From: Phaeosaccion multiseriatum
Taxonomy: Eukaryota; Protista; Ochrophyta, other classes
DNA length: 64,000 nt
Assembly: GCA_965112735.1 (NCBI GenBank)
Contig: OZ218958.1
Coordinates: forward strand, 3,472,001-3,536,000
Reading direction: 5' to 3'
Each line of letters begins with the position of its first letter. Position 1 is the stretch's first letter. The notes beneath the pieces were generated by a model. The model ran no database searches and was not told where the DNA came from. It was given only the letters and a program-made list of their open reading frames with translations. Both the position numbers and the translations under genes were made by a program. Shown here in pieces: positions 26,779 through 38,896 of this stretch.

Positions 26779-29427
26779 CCCAACAGGGCTCATGACTGCC
26801 GCTCTGCGCATCCAAGTGACTGCAGAGCTGTTTGCCACACCCGACTCCCCTTCCGTCACCTCCTCCTGCGATCCCTGCTGTGCCGCTGCAGCACTGCCCC
26901 TGCTGCTGTATCACCAACTGCTGCCCCTGTAAGGCCGCCCCTACTGCCGACCCACCGCCCGACTGTGTCGCACCGCCCACCACAAAGCCAGCCCTCCTGG
27001 GTCCGTACCGTACCCCCCTGGGTACAAGCTCTTACCTGTTGAAGGTGTTGTAGCGCAGCGTGGTGCCATCGCTGAGGGGGTCGAGCTGCTTCAGGAGAGT
27101 CGCCACCTGTGTGTTGTGTTGTTCACACAAGCGCCACAGGCAGGAGAGAGAGAGAGAGGAAGGGAGAGGCGGAGGGGTGCGCATGAGAGAGAGACAGGGG
27201 GAGAGGTGTGTGAGAGAGACGAAGAGAGAGACTAACAAGGGCTCAGGAGGGGCAGGAGCGGCTCAGGGGCCTGGGAGCGGAGGGGCAGAGGAGAAGACCT
27301 CCAAACCTCCAAGCCCAGGCCACAGCCACAGCCACAGCCAGCGCCTCACACAACACACACACCTCCTCCTCCGACAGGTCCTCCTGTTGGTACTCGCGCA
27401 GGAAGGCCCTGAACCTGTCCGCAGGCAGCGCGTGGTTCAAAGTGAAGGACTTGTCCTCCTGGGAGGGCAGGGCGGGGGAGAGCATGGCAGGGCAAGGTTA
27501 AAGAGGGATGAAAAAGAGCTTTGATTTGATGGACAGTCCAAGAGGATACCCACAGGGAGGAGGAGCGGGGCGCCCTTCGAGAAGCGTATGGTCTGTGATG
27601 CCCCGCCCCTCTCTTCCACCCTCCCTCCCTCCCTCCCTCCCTCCCTCCCTCCCTCCCTCCCTCCCTCCCTCCCTCCCTCCCCACTCACCACCGACAGCTC
27701 CCCGACAGCTCTGCCCTTCCCGAGGGGGAGGTCCTTGAGCAAGCTGTGGAACATTATCTCCAAGTCTGGCCGGGCACGCAGCAGCTGTGGACAGGGGGGC
27801 AGGGGGGCAGGGAGGGACAGATAAGAGAGAGGGAGAGAGAGCGAGAGACAGAGGTAGTGAGAAGAGGGGAGCAGGAGGACGCGAGACACGCACACACATG
27901 CACCCACACCCACACCCACACCCACATTCACACCCACACACACCCACACCCACACCCACACCCACACACCCACACCCACACACCCACACACCCACTTACT
28001 GTCATGAGCTGCACGAACTCGTTGAACTGCAGCACTCCGTCGCCGTTGTCGTCCACCTGTGATTCATGACAAACAGATGGCACCAGAAGGTGGGGCTGTG
28101 GCGTGAGAAAAGCTCTCGACAATGAGTGCTGCACTGCCCTGCTGGGAGCGGGCCGTGCTCCCCCTCCCCTTTCCCGTCTCCATCCCCCCCTCGCTTACCT
28201 GCTTGATCTTGGCCTTGACGTATTTCTTGTCTGTGTTGATGTTGAGCTTCTGCACCAGCTGCACCACCTCCTTGACGTCCAGCGTGTCACTGCAGAGCAC
28301 AAGACAAAGGTAACGGAAGACAGGTGAGGGGTAGGGGCAGGCGCGTGAACAGGAGGAGGCGAGGGTCCGGGGGGTCCGGGCTCGAATGAGACAAGCAGAT
28401 GTGGGCCCTTCGAATCAGAACAGGAGCTGTACCCCCCCCGTTGCCCTCCTCCCTCCTTCCTCCCACCTCTCTTCTGCCTCCCCCCCTCCTCCCTCCTTCC
28501 CTCCCTCCTTCCCTCCCTCCTACCCCCCCAACCAACCCCCCCACCTCTTGTCCTTGTCGGCCTTCCGCCATTGTCGCATGAGGAACTTGAGCTCCGGGTC
28601 CTCATCCCCTGCTTCCCCCATGCCGCGGTGGTGCTCCATCAGCTTCTCCAGCAGGCCCACCCACGCCTCGCGCTCCGCCTCGGAGTCACAGATGAGGTTG
28701 AGCGAGGAGAGCTGTTGGTCATACACGATGGACAGGGAGCGGTGGTGGTCCCCGCCGTACTTGCTCTTGAAGCGGCTGAACTGCGCCGTGTGCTGCCCGG
28801 ACTGGACGCGGTCTACGCCTCCCAGATCCACTGAAAGGAAGGGAGATCAGTAGCAGCAGCAGCAGGAGCAGCAGCAGCAGCAGCAGTTCGAGTAGAGGTG
28901 AAGGAGGAGGTGCAGCAGCAGCAGCAGCAGCAGTTCGAGTAGAGGTGAAGGAGGAGGTGCGGGAAAGAGGAGGAGAAGATGAAACGAGAGCATCTGTTTG
29001 CACAAGATGGGCTGTCCCTTCTCAGCGGATGGCACCACGCAAGCCACTCCGACGAGGAGAGTGGGCTAGTGCTCCTGCCTCTCTCTGCCAGCTGCTGCCT
29101 GATGCTTCTCCTAAGGACCGCAGGGGATTGATTTCCTTGATTTCCTTACCTTGCGTGTCGCTCTTGCTCTTCATGGGGGAACTGGAGCGCCAGCAAAGGT
29201 GCATGTCATCCGTGAGCAAGAAGAGCTTGGTGTGCGGCGAGCCACGGCGCCCGAATTTGAGGGCTTCCGCCGCCCCTGTGCCCAGAGAGGAAGAGAGGTG
29301 TGAGGATCAGGACACAAGGAAACACCACCCCCAAAATTTTGTTTGTCTCGTGGCTGGTCTTACCACACTTGAGGCTTGCGTGCAGGTTAGACTCGGCCTC
29401 CTTGAGGTTGGGTGGGATGGACATCAT
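21442..29427 (-). CDS. PLC: Phosphoinositide-specific phospholipase C (PH, EF-hand, X, Y, C2; delta-like architecture), many exons
   Basis: PH ([10 protein letters not shown]...LCWRS), EF-hand ([13 protein letters not shown]), X box ([26 protein letters not shown]; [11 protein letters not shown]; FHGHTLT; [12 protein letters not shown]), Y box ([17 protein letters not shown]...QIVALNYQ; [10 protein letters not shown]), C2 (IDPYV; NGFNPVWNE; LRSGYR). An alternative upstream ATG lies at 29475. Confidence 0.95.
23100..23325. repeat. Intronic composite minisatellite (GTATCAGGACAGAGGGG / GTGAGTGGAGAGTGTCAGGACAG)
   Basis: Seen directly in a PLC intron. Confidence 0.8.
24131..24410. repeat. ~45-bp intronic minisatellite (ACAACAGAGTCGGTACCATTTGTACAGCTCAAACACGCACACAAC), ~6 copies
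   Basis: Tandem copies starting near 24136, 24181, 24221, 24267, 24312, 24357. Confidence 0.9.
26000..26320. repeat. 10-bp satellite AGGAG(A/T)GGTG in a PLC intron
   Basis: About 32 tandem units. Confidence 0.9.
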
Positions 29428-29941
29428 ATGACTCGTCCTGGTGTTTTTCCTCGCTGTGTGGCTATGGTCCTCCATCCTGCTTGCGTCCCCCGTTTGTCTC
29501 GATTGTCTCCTGCGTCTCTTAACAGCGTGCTGCCTGGTGATGTGAAAGAAGGCCCGGGAGGGGCTCGGGAGCAACCTCGCCTCTCAGTGCAGGGAGGAAG
29601 AGGCTACACCACACCTTGTATCCTATAGGCCGTGTGACCGGGCTGGCGTTGAGAGAGAAATTCTCTTAATTAAAGTAAGTTAGGATTTCGATCGATGGAG
29701 CGATTTGAGTGAAAAAATTTGCGCTTTGTTCCAGCCCGCCTTCGGGCTTCGTGTTCGGTTGTGTTCGTCTTTTGACGGCTTTTTCCTCCCATCCCCGACC
29801 CCCCCCCCCCGAGGTTCATTGCACACATACCACGCAGTCTATAGAGCTGTACAGAGTTGGGTACAGGAGGCAGTGAGATCACACTGCGAGAGGCGAAGAA
29901 AGACAGCAAGCCGGAAACTTGTCAGCTCCTAAGAAAGGAAG

Positions 29942-32900
29942 ATGCGAACAGTGGCGCTGCTCACAGGGCTTGCTCTGTCGGCTCAGGCCGCGCTTCCGCC
30001 GCTCTCGCGCCATGCTGCCCGTGAAAGCGGCAGCGGGAGCAAAGACCTGATTGACTGGGCCATCCTGCCCGGAATCCAGACCGCTCCGAGCTACAAGGCC
30101 TACTCCGGCTACATTGAAGTGGACCCGAGCCACGGAAAGAAGGTGTTTTATTGGTTCTTCGAGTCTCAGGACAGCCCAGAGAGCGACCCTGTCACTTTCT
30201 GGACCAACGGAGGACCGGGTAAGTAGGAGGAGAGGGGAAAGGGAAAGGGAGAGAGAGAGAGTCATGTCGGGCTGTGGAGCGGGTAGAGAGATGCCTCTCT
30301 CAGTTGGGTCGGACTGCTTTTCGACCACCCCACCCCCTCCCTCTTCTTCTCTTATTCTTGACTATCCATCCCCCCCCTCCCTTGCTTGCTCTCCCTCCTC
30401 CCTCCTCTTCCTTCGTCTCCCCCTTAGGCTGCTCCGGTCTGCTCGGACTGCTGACAGAGCACGGCCCCCTCTTGGTGCGCAAGCCAGGGGACGAGTTTGT
30501 ACTGGAACCGAACGACTTCTCCTGGAACAAGAGGTAAGCAGACGTAGCCAGCGGATGAGGAACGCTGCCGCTTCTCCTTCCGCCTCGGAATCACCACGGC
30601 TTTCGTGCCCGACTCCTGTATTGCTTGCCTCTATTGCTCGCCTCTATTGCTTGCCTCTATTGCTGGCGTCTAAACCCCTTGCTGCCCATCCACACACGCG
30701 CAGATCGAACATGGTGTACATAGAGAGCCCCTCGGGAGTGGGTTTTAGGTGAGAGCAGTAAGGAGAGTCAGGAGAGTTAGGAGACGGGGCGTTGGCAGAG
30801 AAGGTCAGGAGAGTGAGAAGAGGAGGGTGGACTCCAAGACAGGAGAGGGAGGAGAGCGAGGAGAGGAAGGAGAGGAAGGAGAGGGAGGAGAGGAAGGAGA
30901 GGGAGGAGAGGGAGGAGAGGAAGGAGAGGGAGGAGAGGAAGGAGAGGAAGGAGAGGGAGGAGAGGAAGGAGTGGGAGGAGAGGAAGGAGAGGGAGGAGAG
31001 GAAGGAGAGGAAGGAGAGGAAGGAGAGGAAGGAGAGGAAGGAGAGGGAGGAGAGGAAGGAGAGGGAGGAGAGGAAGGAGAGGGAGGAGAGGTAGGAGAGG
31101 GAGGAGAGGTAGGAGAGGGAGGAGAGGAAGGAGAGGAAGGAGAGGAAGGAGAGGGAGGAGAGGAAGGAGAGGGAGGAGAGGAAGGAGAGGAAGGAGAGGA
31201 AGGAGACGAAGGAGAGGGAGGAGAGGAAGGAGAGGGAGGCGGCGATGGGCCCTCAGCGCAGCTCCAAGACTCTGTCACGCTGTTGTGTGAGGAGGAAGAG
31301 AAGGCATCTCTGTCTGTCCTCCATCCCCTGTGTTTTGACTGCGGTGCCCATCTGTTACCATCTGTGACTGACCTGTGCCTGACTGACCGTTACACTTTCG
31401 TCCTTCCTCCCTCCTCTGCATGTGACACGGAGAGCAGCTACTCTGACACGGAGGAGGACTATGTGGTAAGTGTGGGAGGGGGTGGATGGGGGAGGGAGGG
31501 AGTAGGTGGGGGGGTGGTTGGTTGGGTGAGTGAGTGGGTAGATGGATTGATGGGTGGGTGGGTGAGTGCGCGCGTGCGTGCGAGAGGGAGAGCCGCAGGG
31601 GGGCGGGAGCGCTTGCTCGTCGCTGCCCTCTCTGAGCCCGCGCTACAGCAGACGCACTCACCCGTACCTACGTACATTTACCCCTCCCTCTCCCTCTCGC
31701 TAGACGGGGGACTCACAGACGGCGGCAGACAACTACAACGTCATCACAGGCTTCCTCGCCAAGTTTCCGCACCTCAAGGAGAACGACGTGTACATCAGCA
31801 GCGAGTCCTACGGCGGACACTACATCCCCACGGTCAGTAGTGTATATATATAAAGAAGAAGCTAACCATACCCTACCCTACCCCTAGCCGCACCCCTCCC
31901 CCTTCCCTATACCCTATGCCCTAGCCATACCCTATCCGTACAAGCCGTACGTACCCTACCCCAAACTCTACTCCACACTCACTCTACCCGAGCCATACAT
32001 GCATGTACCCTTGGCCTAGAAAAAGCTAAGCCTTGGCCTAACCCTACCCAAACCACACCCAACCCCCCTCCAACCCGGACCTTATTAACCCCCCTCCAAC
32101 CCTACTGTAACCTCAGCTGGCAGACCTTATTAACCCCTTCCAACCCTACTGTAACTGTAACCTCAGCTGGCAGACCAAATTGTGACTCGCAATGGCGAGG
32201 CCCGGGCCGCAGGCAGGGATGAGGACGTGGTGAAGTTCAAGGGGCTGCTCGTGGGCAACCCCTACATCGAGAGCGCCAGCAACGCCATCGCTCAGTACGA
32301 CAAGTACTACGGGGACTCCATCGTGCCCGCCCCCGTGTACTTCGAGTGGAGGACCAAGTGCGTGGAGGGCGGCTACAAGGGCTCTCTGCCGCACTGCCAG
32401 GCCCTCGAGGCTCGCATGGACTCGCTCATCAGCTCACTCAACCCGTACGCCTTGGACTTTGTGGTGTGCCTGGACGAGGGCGTTGCGCACTCGCAGCAGC
32501 AGAGACATACACTCCGCCGCCACCAGCAGAAGGTGTGTGTGTGTGTCTCTCTCTCTCTGTGTGTGTGTGTGTATGTGATGCGTACCGCCACCGGCCTTCC
32601 TTCTGTCACGCTTTCTATACCACGGCTGGATTGATGGATTGGTTGATTGCTTTTGATCCATTCACACGCCAGTTGTGGCCCAGGTCCTTCGTCCCCTTAC
32701 GCCCTCCTGCCTGCCTCCCTCCCTCCCTCCCTCCCTCCCTCTCTCGCAATGACTCTCCCAATGACCAAACATCTCAAACTCAAACATCTCAAACATGTCA
32801 GGCTCGCGAGTCCCAGCAGCCCCCCCTGGAGAGTGCAGAAGCGAACAGCAGCGAGAGGCCGAGTCTTGCCGAGGGCTCGGCTGAGGTGATCCCTGCCCGC

Positions 32901-33978
32901 CGGCATCTGATCTCTGCCCGCCGGCATCTCGAGGAGGCTGAGGAGCCTGTGCCTCTCCCTCCGTACGCCCCCTGTGCTGAGGCCTGGATAGTGACATACC
33001 TCAACCAGCCAGAGGTCAAGCAGGCGCTGCACGTGGCGGAGGAGCTGATGGATATGGAGTGGGAGCAGTGCTCGAGCCGAGTGCAGTACAGCCAGACCGA
33101 TATGCTTGTGTCGATGGTGCCCCTGTTCGACAAGCTGCTGCAGCAGGGGGAGGAGGACCTCAAGATGCTGGTGAGTGAGGAGGGAGGAAGAGGGCAGCAA
33201 GCGGGAGATGGCAGTCTATCTACCCAGCACACGGGCAACAAGCGCTGCATGTCCCGCCGTTCATCAATCCATCTATCCATCTATCCATCCATCCGTCCAC
33301 CCATCTTTATTTTTAAAATCTGGATGTCTCCTGCCTCTAAATCGGCCCATCCATCCACGCATGCATGCATGCATGCATCAAATCAATGCAAATCAATGCA
33401 ATACAATACAGGTGTTCAGCGGAGACGACGATGCCGTATGCGCCACGCAAGGCACCCAGTGGTGGGTGTACTCCCTCGGGAGGGACGTGCGGGAGGAGTG
33501 GAGTCCCTGGGCCACGCAGGACGGGCAGGTGGCGGGCTTCGTCACCAAATTTGACGGTTACACCTTCGTTACCGTCCACGACGCAGGTGTGGAAGTGTAT
33601 GTGTGTATGTGCAGGGATCATCCCCCCCCGCCCCTCTCTTCGCTGTGCACCCTGTCTGACCATGTTTCCTCCCTGTGTACCCCGCTTGGCCTGACCGTCG
33701 CTTGTCCTTCCTTCCTTCCTTCCTTCCTTCCTTCCTTCCTTCCTTCCTTCCTTCCTTCCTTCCTTCCTTCCTTCCTTCCTTCCTTCCTTCCTTCCTTCCT
33801 TCCTTCCTTCCTTCCTTCCCTCCTTCCCTCCTCCCTCCCTTTTCCTTCGTTCATTCCTCACTTTCTCCCTTCCTCCCCTCCCCCCTTCCTTCTCGTAGGG
33901 CACGAGGTACCGGCCTATCAGCCAGAACGGGCAGCGCTGCTCTTCGACCGCTTCCTTGATGGCAGCTGGTTCGCGTGA
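29942..33978 (+). CDS. Serine carboxypeptidase, peptidase family S10, secreted, multi-exon
   Basis: Signal peptide; [48 protein letters not shown]. Catalytic triad motifs SESYGGHYIP, FSGDDDAVC and DAGHEVPAYQP. Confidence 0.95.
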
Positions 33979-34303
33979 GGGGTGAGGGGTGAGGCTTAAG
34001 AGAGCGAGAGACAAGAGAGAGACCCGACGAAGGCCCTGAAACCAAAAGTGTATGTAATCGCGCGGCAGAGTTAAATAAATGTACAGTATCGATGTCAGGA
34101 AGGACATGTTGTCCTCCTGCTTTGCGAGGGGTTTTCATTAATACAGTTGGTGTATGGTGGGAGGGGAAAGGAGTTGGGTCAGACTGCCATCCACTGCCAT
34201 CCAATTCCCAACCGTCGCGGGAATGTCTTCAGTGCGAATGGCCCGTAAGAAAACCAACCAAGACACGCAATGCTACGCGTGTTCTCAAGGCCATTGCTGA
34301 GAT

Positions 34304-35983
34304 ATGGGAAGAGGAGCAGAAGCCAACGCGACTACTGTAGGACGGCGTCCGAGGAAGGAGATGGGCACCTGTGAGAAGAAGCCCGAGACTTACCCCCCAC
34401 CACCTCCGCCCAAACCCAGCAGCGGGAGCGCCTTGACGCTCATCGACCAGCTCGTGACGCTGAAGGAAGAGGTGCGGACTGTACGCAAGCACAACGGCCA
34501 CCTGCTGGGCACCAATGCAAATCTTTGCAGGAAGGTCATGACCCTCAGGGAAGAGGTGGAGAGGGCGATAGAGGAGGAGGAGGTTAGCCGCCAGAGGGAG
34601 CAGGACCTCGAGGACGAGGAGCGAGGAAGCAGAGCGGCACTCACACCGGAGGAGAGGCTCCGGAGAGCGCGGCACGACGTGTTGCTGAGAGATGAAGAAA
34701 TCGGCCGTCTGAAGCACAAACTGGCGGTGAGGGAGCAAGCCGCGCCAGGAGCGAGGAGAGAAAAGAGCAAGTCTAATGCCGCAGACAAGAGGACAGAACT
34801 GCGCATCAGAGGGGAGCGGCCGATGATGGAGCGAAGGAGTGCTGGCAGCAGCAGGCGAAGCAGCAGGGGAAGCAGCAGCAGAAGAGCACCGGGAAGGAAG
34901 GAGGAGACACCCGGAGGCTTGCTGGGGGGGAGTACAGACTCGGGCGGCACCAGCCAAGAGGACGGTGAGGGTGCGTCTGGCTCACGGAAAGAAAGGAGGG
35001 GAAGGGGGAGAAGGGGGGGCAGGGACGGGCATGTCGAGGGCAACGATGACGAGGAGAAGTGGGTGGAGTGTGACGGCAATGGCAGCAGCAGCGATCCCGG
35101 CAGCAGCAGCAGCTGTAGTAGTAATTGTAGTAGCCGCAGGAGGAGGAGGAGGAGGAGGAGGCCAGGAGGGACGACAAGAAGGAAGGGAGCAAGCTATACC
35201 TTGCCCCCACCACTGCCCCAGTGGAGCAGACAGCCAAGCAGGGCAGTCTGGCAGCGCGATTCAGAGACGGCCAAGGACAGAGGCTACTTTAGTGCTTCTG
35301 TCGAGCCCACTACCAGGGGAGGAAGTGGCAGCGAGAGCTCCTGCTGTCTGAGCGGCCTTCAGACACCGGGACGGAGCATCGCGTTATCGGAGGAGGAGGA
35401 GGAGGAGGAGGAGCTGGAGAAGGAGGAGGAGCAAGGGGGGCGGGGAGAGGAGTGGAGACAAGCATGGCCCAGGACAAAGCAGCAAGGTCAAGGACGAGCG
35501 GTGTCGGGACCACTGGCACTCCCCTCCCACAGGGGACTGTCGGGACCAGTGGCACTCCCCTCCCACAGGGGACTGCTGCGGAGCTCCAGCCACACGCCCT
35601 ACACCAGTCTCAGAGCCAAGGTGTTGGAGCAGCAGAGGCGGCGGCAGCAGGCCCAGGCACAGCAGTTGGCGATACAGGCCGAGCACGAGCAGCTCGAGCA
35701 GCAGCTGCCCCACCCTCCCCCGGTGCCCGCCCCGTACCCGCGCGGCACAGGTCTGTCGAGGACGAATCACCAACACACACGGGAGGAGCCGCAGCCGCAG
35801 CAGTTGGTGATGCAGCCGCCACACAGGCTGTCCTTTGATAACCTCTGTCAGCAGCAGCGACAACGGCAAGACCTTCAACCACCCCAACCACAGCAACAGC
35901 AACAGCAACCACAACATCATCATCAACAACCACAACAACAACAACAACAACAGCAACCACAACATCATCACCATCAACAACAA

Positions 35984-36061
<78 letters not shown>

Positions 36062-38510
36062 CCGCCGCAGCGACTTCAAGAACAACAACAACAGCAGTGG
36101 CAGCAGCAGAGCGAAGTCTTGTCCGTCCTGTCCCAGGCCTCTTCCTTCTCCCCCTCCCCTCACAAGGCCGGTCCCACAGCGGTGTCCGAGGAGGCCGAAT
36201 TTATGGCCCAACGTTTGAATCAACCTGTCACCCAAGTTGTTGCCCAAGCTGTGCCTAAGCTGGTACTGTGTGGCCCTTCCCAGCTGCTTGTCGGCGCCTC
36301 CTCTGCCTGTCGGGACGGAGATGGAGCACGGCGGGTGCTTAGTGGGAAAGAACAGGAGAAGGAGCAGGGCAGCGTCGCTGTAGGCCAAGAGCCAGAGCAA
36401 GAGCGAGATGATGCATATGGAGAGGACCGAGGAGTTGGGGCCCCGAAGGAGGAAGAAGAGGAGGCGAGAGGGGGTAGAGCCCAACAAGGCCAAGGAGGGG
36501 GGGGCCAACCACAAGGCCAGAGAGGAGGTACTGAGGCGGAGATTGGACGGCTCGAGGCTGAGCTCGACGGGCTGGTGCACTCCGGCTTGCTCGAGCAGGC
36601 CAGGCATATGGGCACGGAGAGCAAACGGTTAGGAGGGGGGCTGGGGCGTGGGGCGACGAGGAGGAGCCCTATCCCAAGCGAGGCAAACGAGGGCGTGAAA
36701 GGACCCTGTCCTCCCGGTCAGTCCAAGGGGCTCTCTCCCTCTCCCGGTGGTCACTCCCCACCCACCACGGGCTCCGCTTCGGGATCGGCCTCCACCACGC
36801 CCGTCAGCGCCTGGGAGGGGGATGGGGATGGGGAGGGGAATGGGGAGGGGAATGGGGAGGGGAATGGGCCCTTCCAGCGAAGAGGGGAGGGCTCTCGGGG
36901 CCTCTCGCCTCACGGAGGGAAGGAGGAGGAGGAGGAGGAGGAGGAGGGGCAGATGCAGGCATACTCGTCCCGCCCGGGGTCAGAGGATGGAGCGAGGGGT
37001 GGCGCAGGAGACAGCAGCAGCAGCAGTAGTAGTAGTCGTTGTAGTAGTAGTAGCCGCAGCAGCAGTAGCAGCAGCAGTAGCAGCAGTAGCAGTAGCAGCA
37101 GCACGACCAGTAGCAGCAGCGCATGCCAGCGGGCGGGTGGAGAGGGAGCCGCGGCAGCAGCGACAAGCTCACCGGAACAGAGCGGAGAGGGCACCGCTGG
37201 ACAGCAGGGGAGCGAGGGAGGACAGTGGGGGGCGGACTGCATGAGCGAAGGGGAAATACGAGATCTCATCCTTTCGTACGGGGCACGACTTGGGTATGGC
37301 GACTATCCGTATCACCAGGACCCAAAGCAGCTGCTGCAGCGGGCGGAGTGGGAGGAGGAGGACAAGGGGGGGGGAGGGGAGGAGGAGGAGGAGGAGGAGG
37401 AGGAGGAGGAGGAGGAGGAGGAGGAGGAGAAGGAGGAGCAGGACGAGGGGGAGGAGGAGGAGGAGGAGGAGGAGGAGGAGCAGGACGAGGGGGAGGAGCA
37501 GAAGGAGGAAGGCAAGGAAAAGGAGAAAGAGGAGCAGCAGCAGCAGGAGCAGGAGGAGGAGGAGGAGGACGAGGAGGAAGAGGAGGAGAAAGAGGAGGAG
37601 GAGGAGGAGGAGGAGGAGGAGGAGGAGGAGGAGGAGGAGGAGGAGGAGGAGGAGGAGGAGGAGGAGGAGGAAGAGGATGAAGAGGTCGATTCTCTTGGCT
37701 TCTCGTCGCTGACTCTCTCTCAGCTCGCCCAAGGCGGAGTGCCTGGCGTGGACGAGCAGACACAGACACACGCACAGGCCATGAGTCAGCACATGAGTCA
37801 GCACATGAGTCAGCACATGAGTCAGCACATGAGTCAGCACATGAGTCAGCACATGAGTCAGCACAGCAACAGCAACACGGCTCAGAGCGGAACCGCCGGG
37901 GGGGGAGGAGGAAGCGACGGGATGGGTAGACGCTTCGTTGACGAGCTGCGAAGGGAGGGGCCCGGAGAGGAGGGCGGGGAGGGCGGTGGGATGGGCGAAG
38001 GGGGTGAGGGGGGTGAGGGGGGCGAGGGGGGCTCGGCTTCTTCTTGCTCGTCGTGGTCGGAGGAGGGGGAGGGGAACGGCGACGAAGCGGAGTCCTTGCT
38101 CTTCAGGCGGAGGTGCGCCGTCCTCGCGGGGGTGTGCAAGGTGAGGAGGACAGATGCGAACATGCTGAAGACGGGGCTCAACAGGCCGCGACGGCGCGAT
38201 GGATGATTCATTCCTCAAATACTCGCCTCACCTCCTTTCTCTCTTCTCCCGCACGCTCTCCCCTCCCCTCCTCCCTCCCTGTCTGCCTGCTCAGACTGCT
38301 GCCGTGTGCTCTGCCGTGGAGTACCGGCGCGTGTCTGGTGCCTTCTGTCGCTGGAGACGGAGGTTGCCCCTGCCACGCCCCTCTCCGGGTCCCAGCCCCT
38401 CTCCGACTCCGAGCGGGTCCTCGTTAGCCCTTCCTCTCCCCCGCCAAGCTCGCTCTCGCTCGGAGCTGTACTGGAGGCAGCCCGTCGTCGGAGGCTCTGC
38501 TGCTCCGTGA
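34304..38510 (+). CDS. Large low-complexity hypothetical protein (N-terminal coiled coil; poly-Q, poly-E, poly-S; SQHM repeats)
   Basis: 1300-codon ORF with a coiled-coil-like segment LIDQLVTLKEEVR...LCRKVMTLREEVE. A probable intron at ~38141-38293 joins to TAAVCSAVEYRRVSGAFCRW...*. Confidence 0.6.
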
Positions 38511-38896
38511 CTTACAGACTCATCCTGGGCTACAGTGGCTGTGATTATATGCGTGATTATGTAAAAATGATGTGTGATGTATGCCTTGCACACGCCGTGC
38601 ACTGGCGAACCGTGCGCTTTTAGTGCAGCACGTACATAACAAGACAAGCAGCAAGAAGACAAAGGAAAAAGGAAGGGGGAGGGAGGGAAAAAAAAAAATA
38701 ATCGCAAAAAATTATACCAGTTCACAGTGCCAGTTTGTGTGGGGGCGGGTTCGATACCTAAAAAAAGGCTGGCTTTTGCTTGCTTGCTCAAACGAGAGGT
38801 ACGGCGAGAGAGAAAAGAGGAGAAGTACAGCAGCACCAGGTCAGGGGCGCGACAACAGGAGGAGCAGGCTACGGGTGTAGACGCTGATAACACACC

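Noticed and set aside
31860-32060. Telomere-like CCCTA-rich tract (also CCTAA repeats at ~21378)
   Set aside because: Short, degenerate and internal; no evidence of a chromosome end or fusion.
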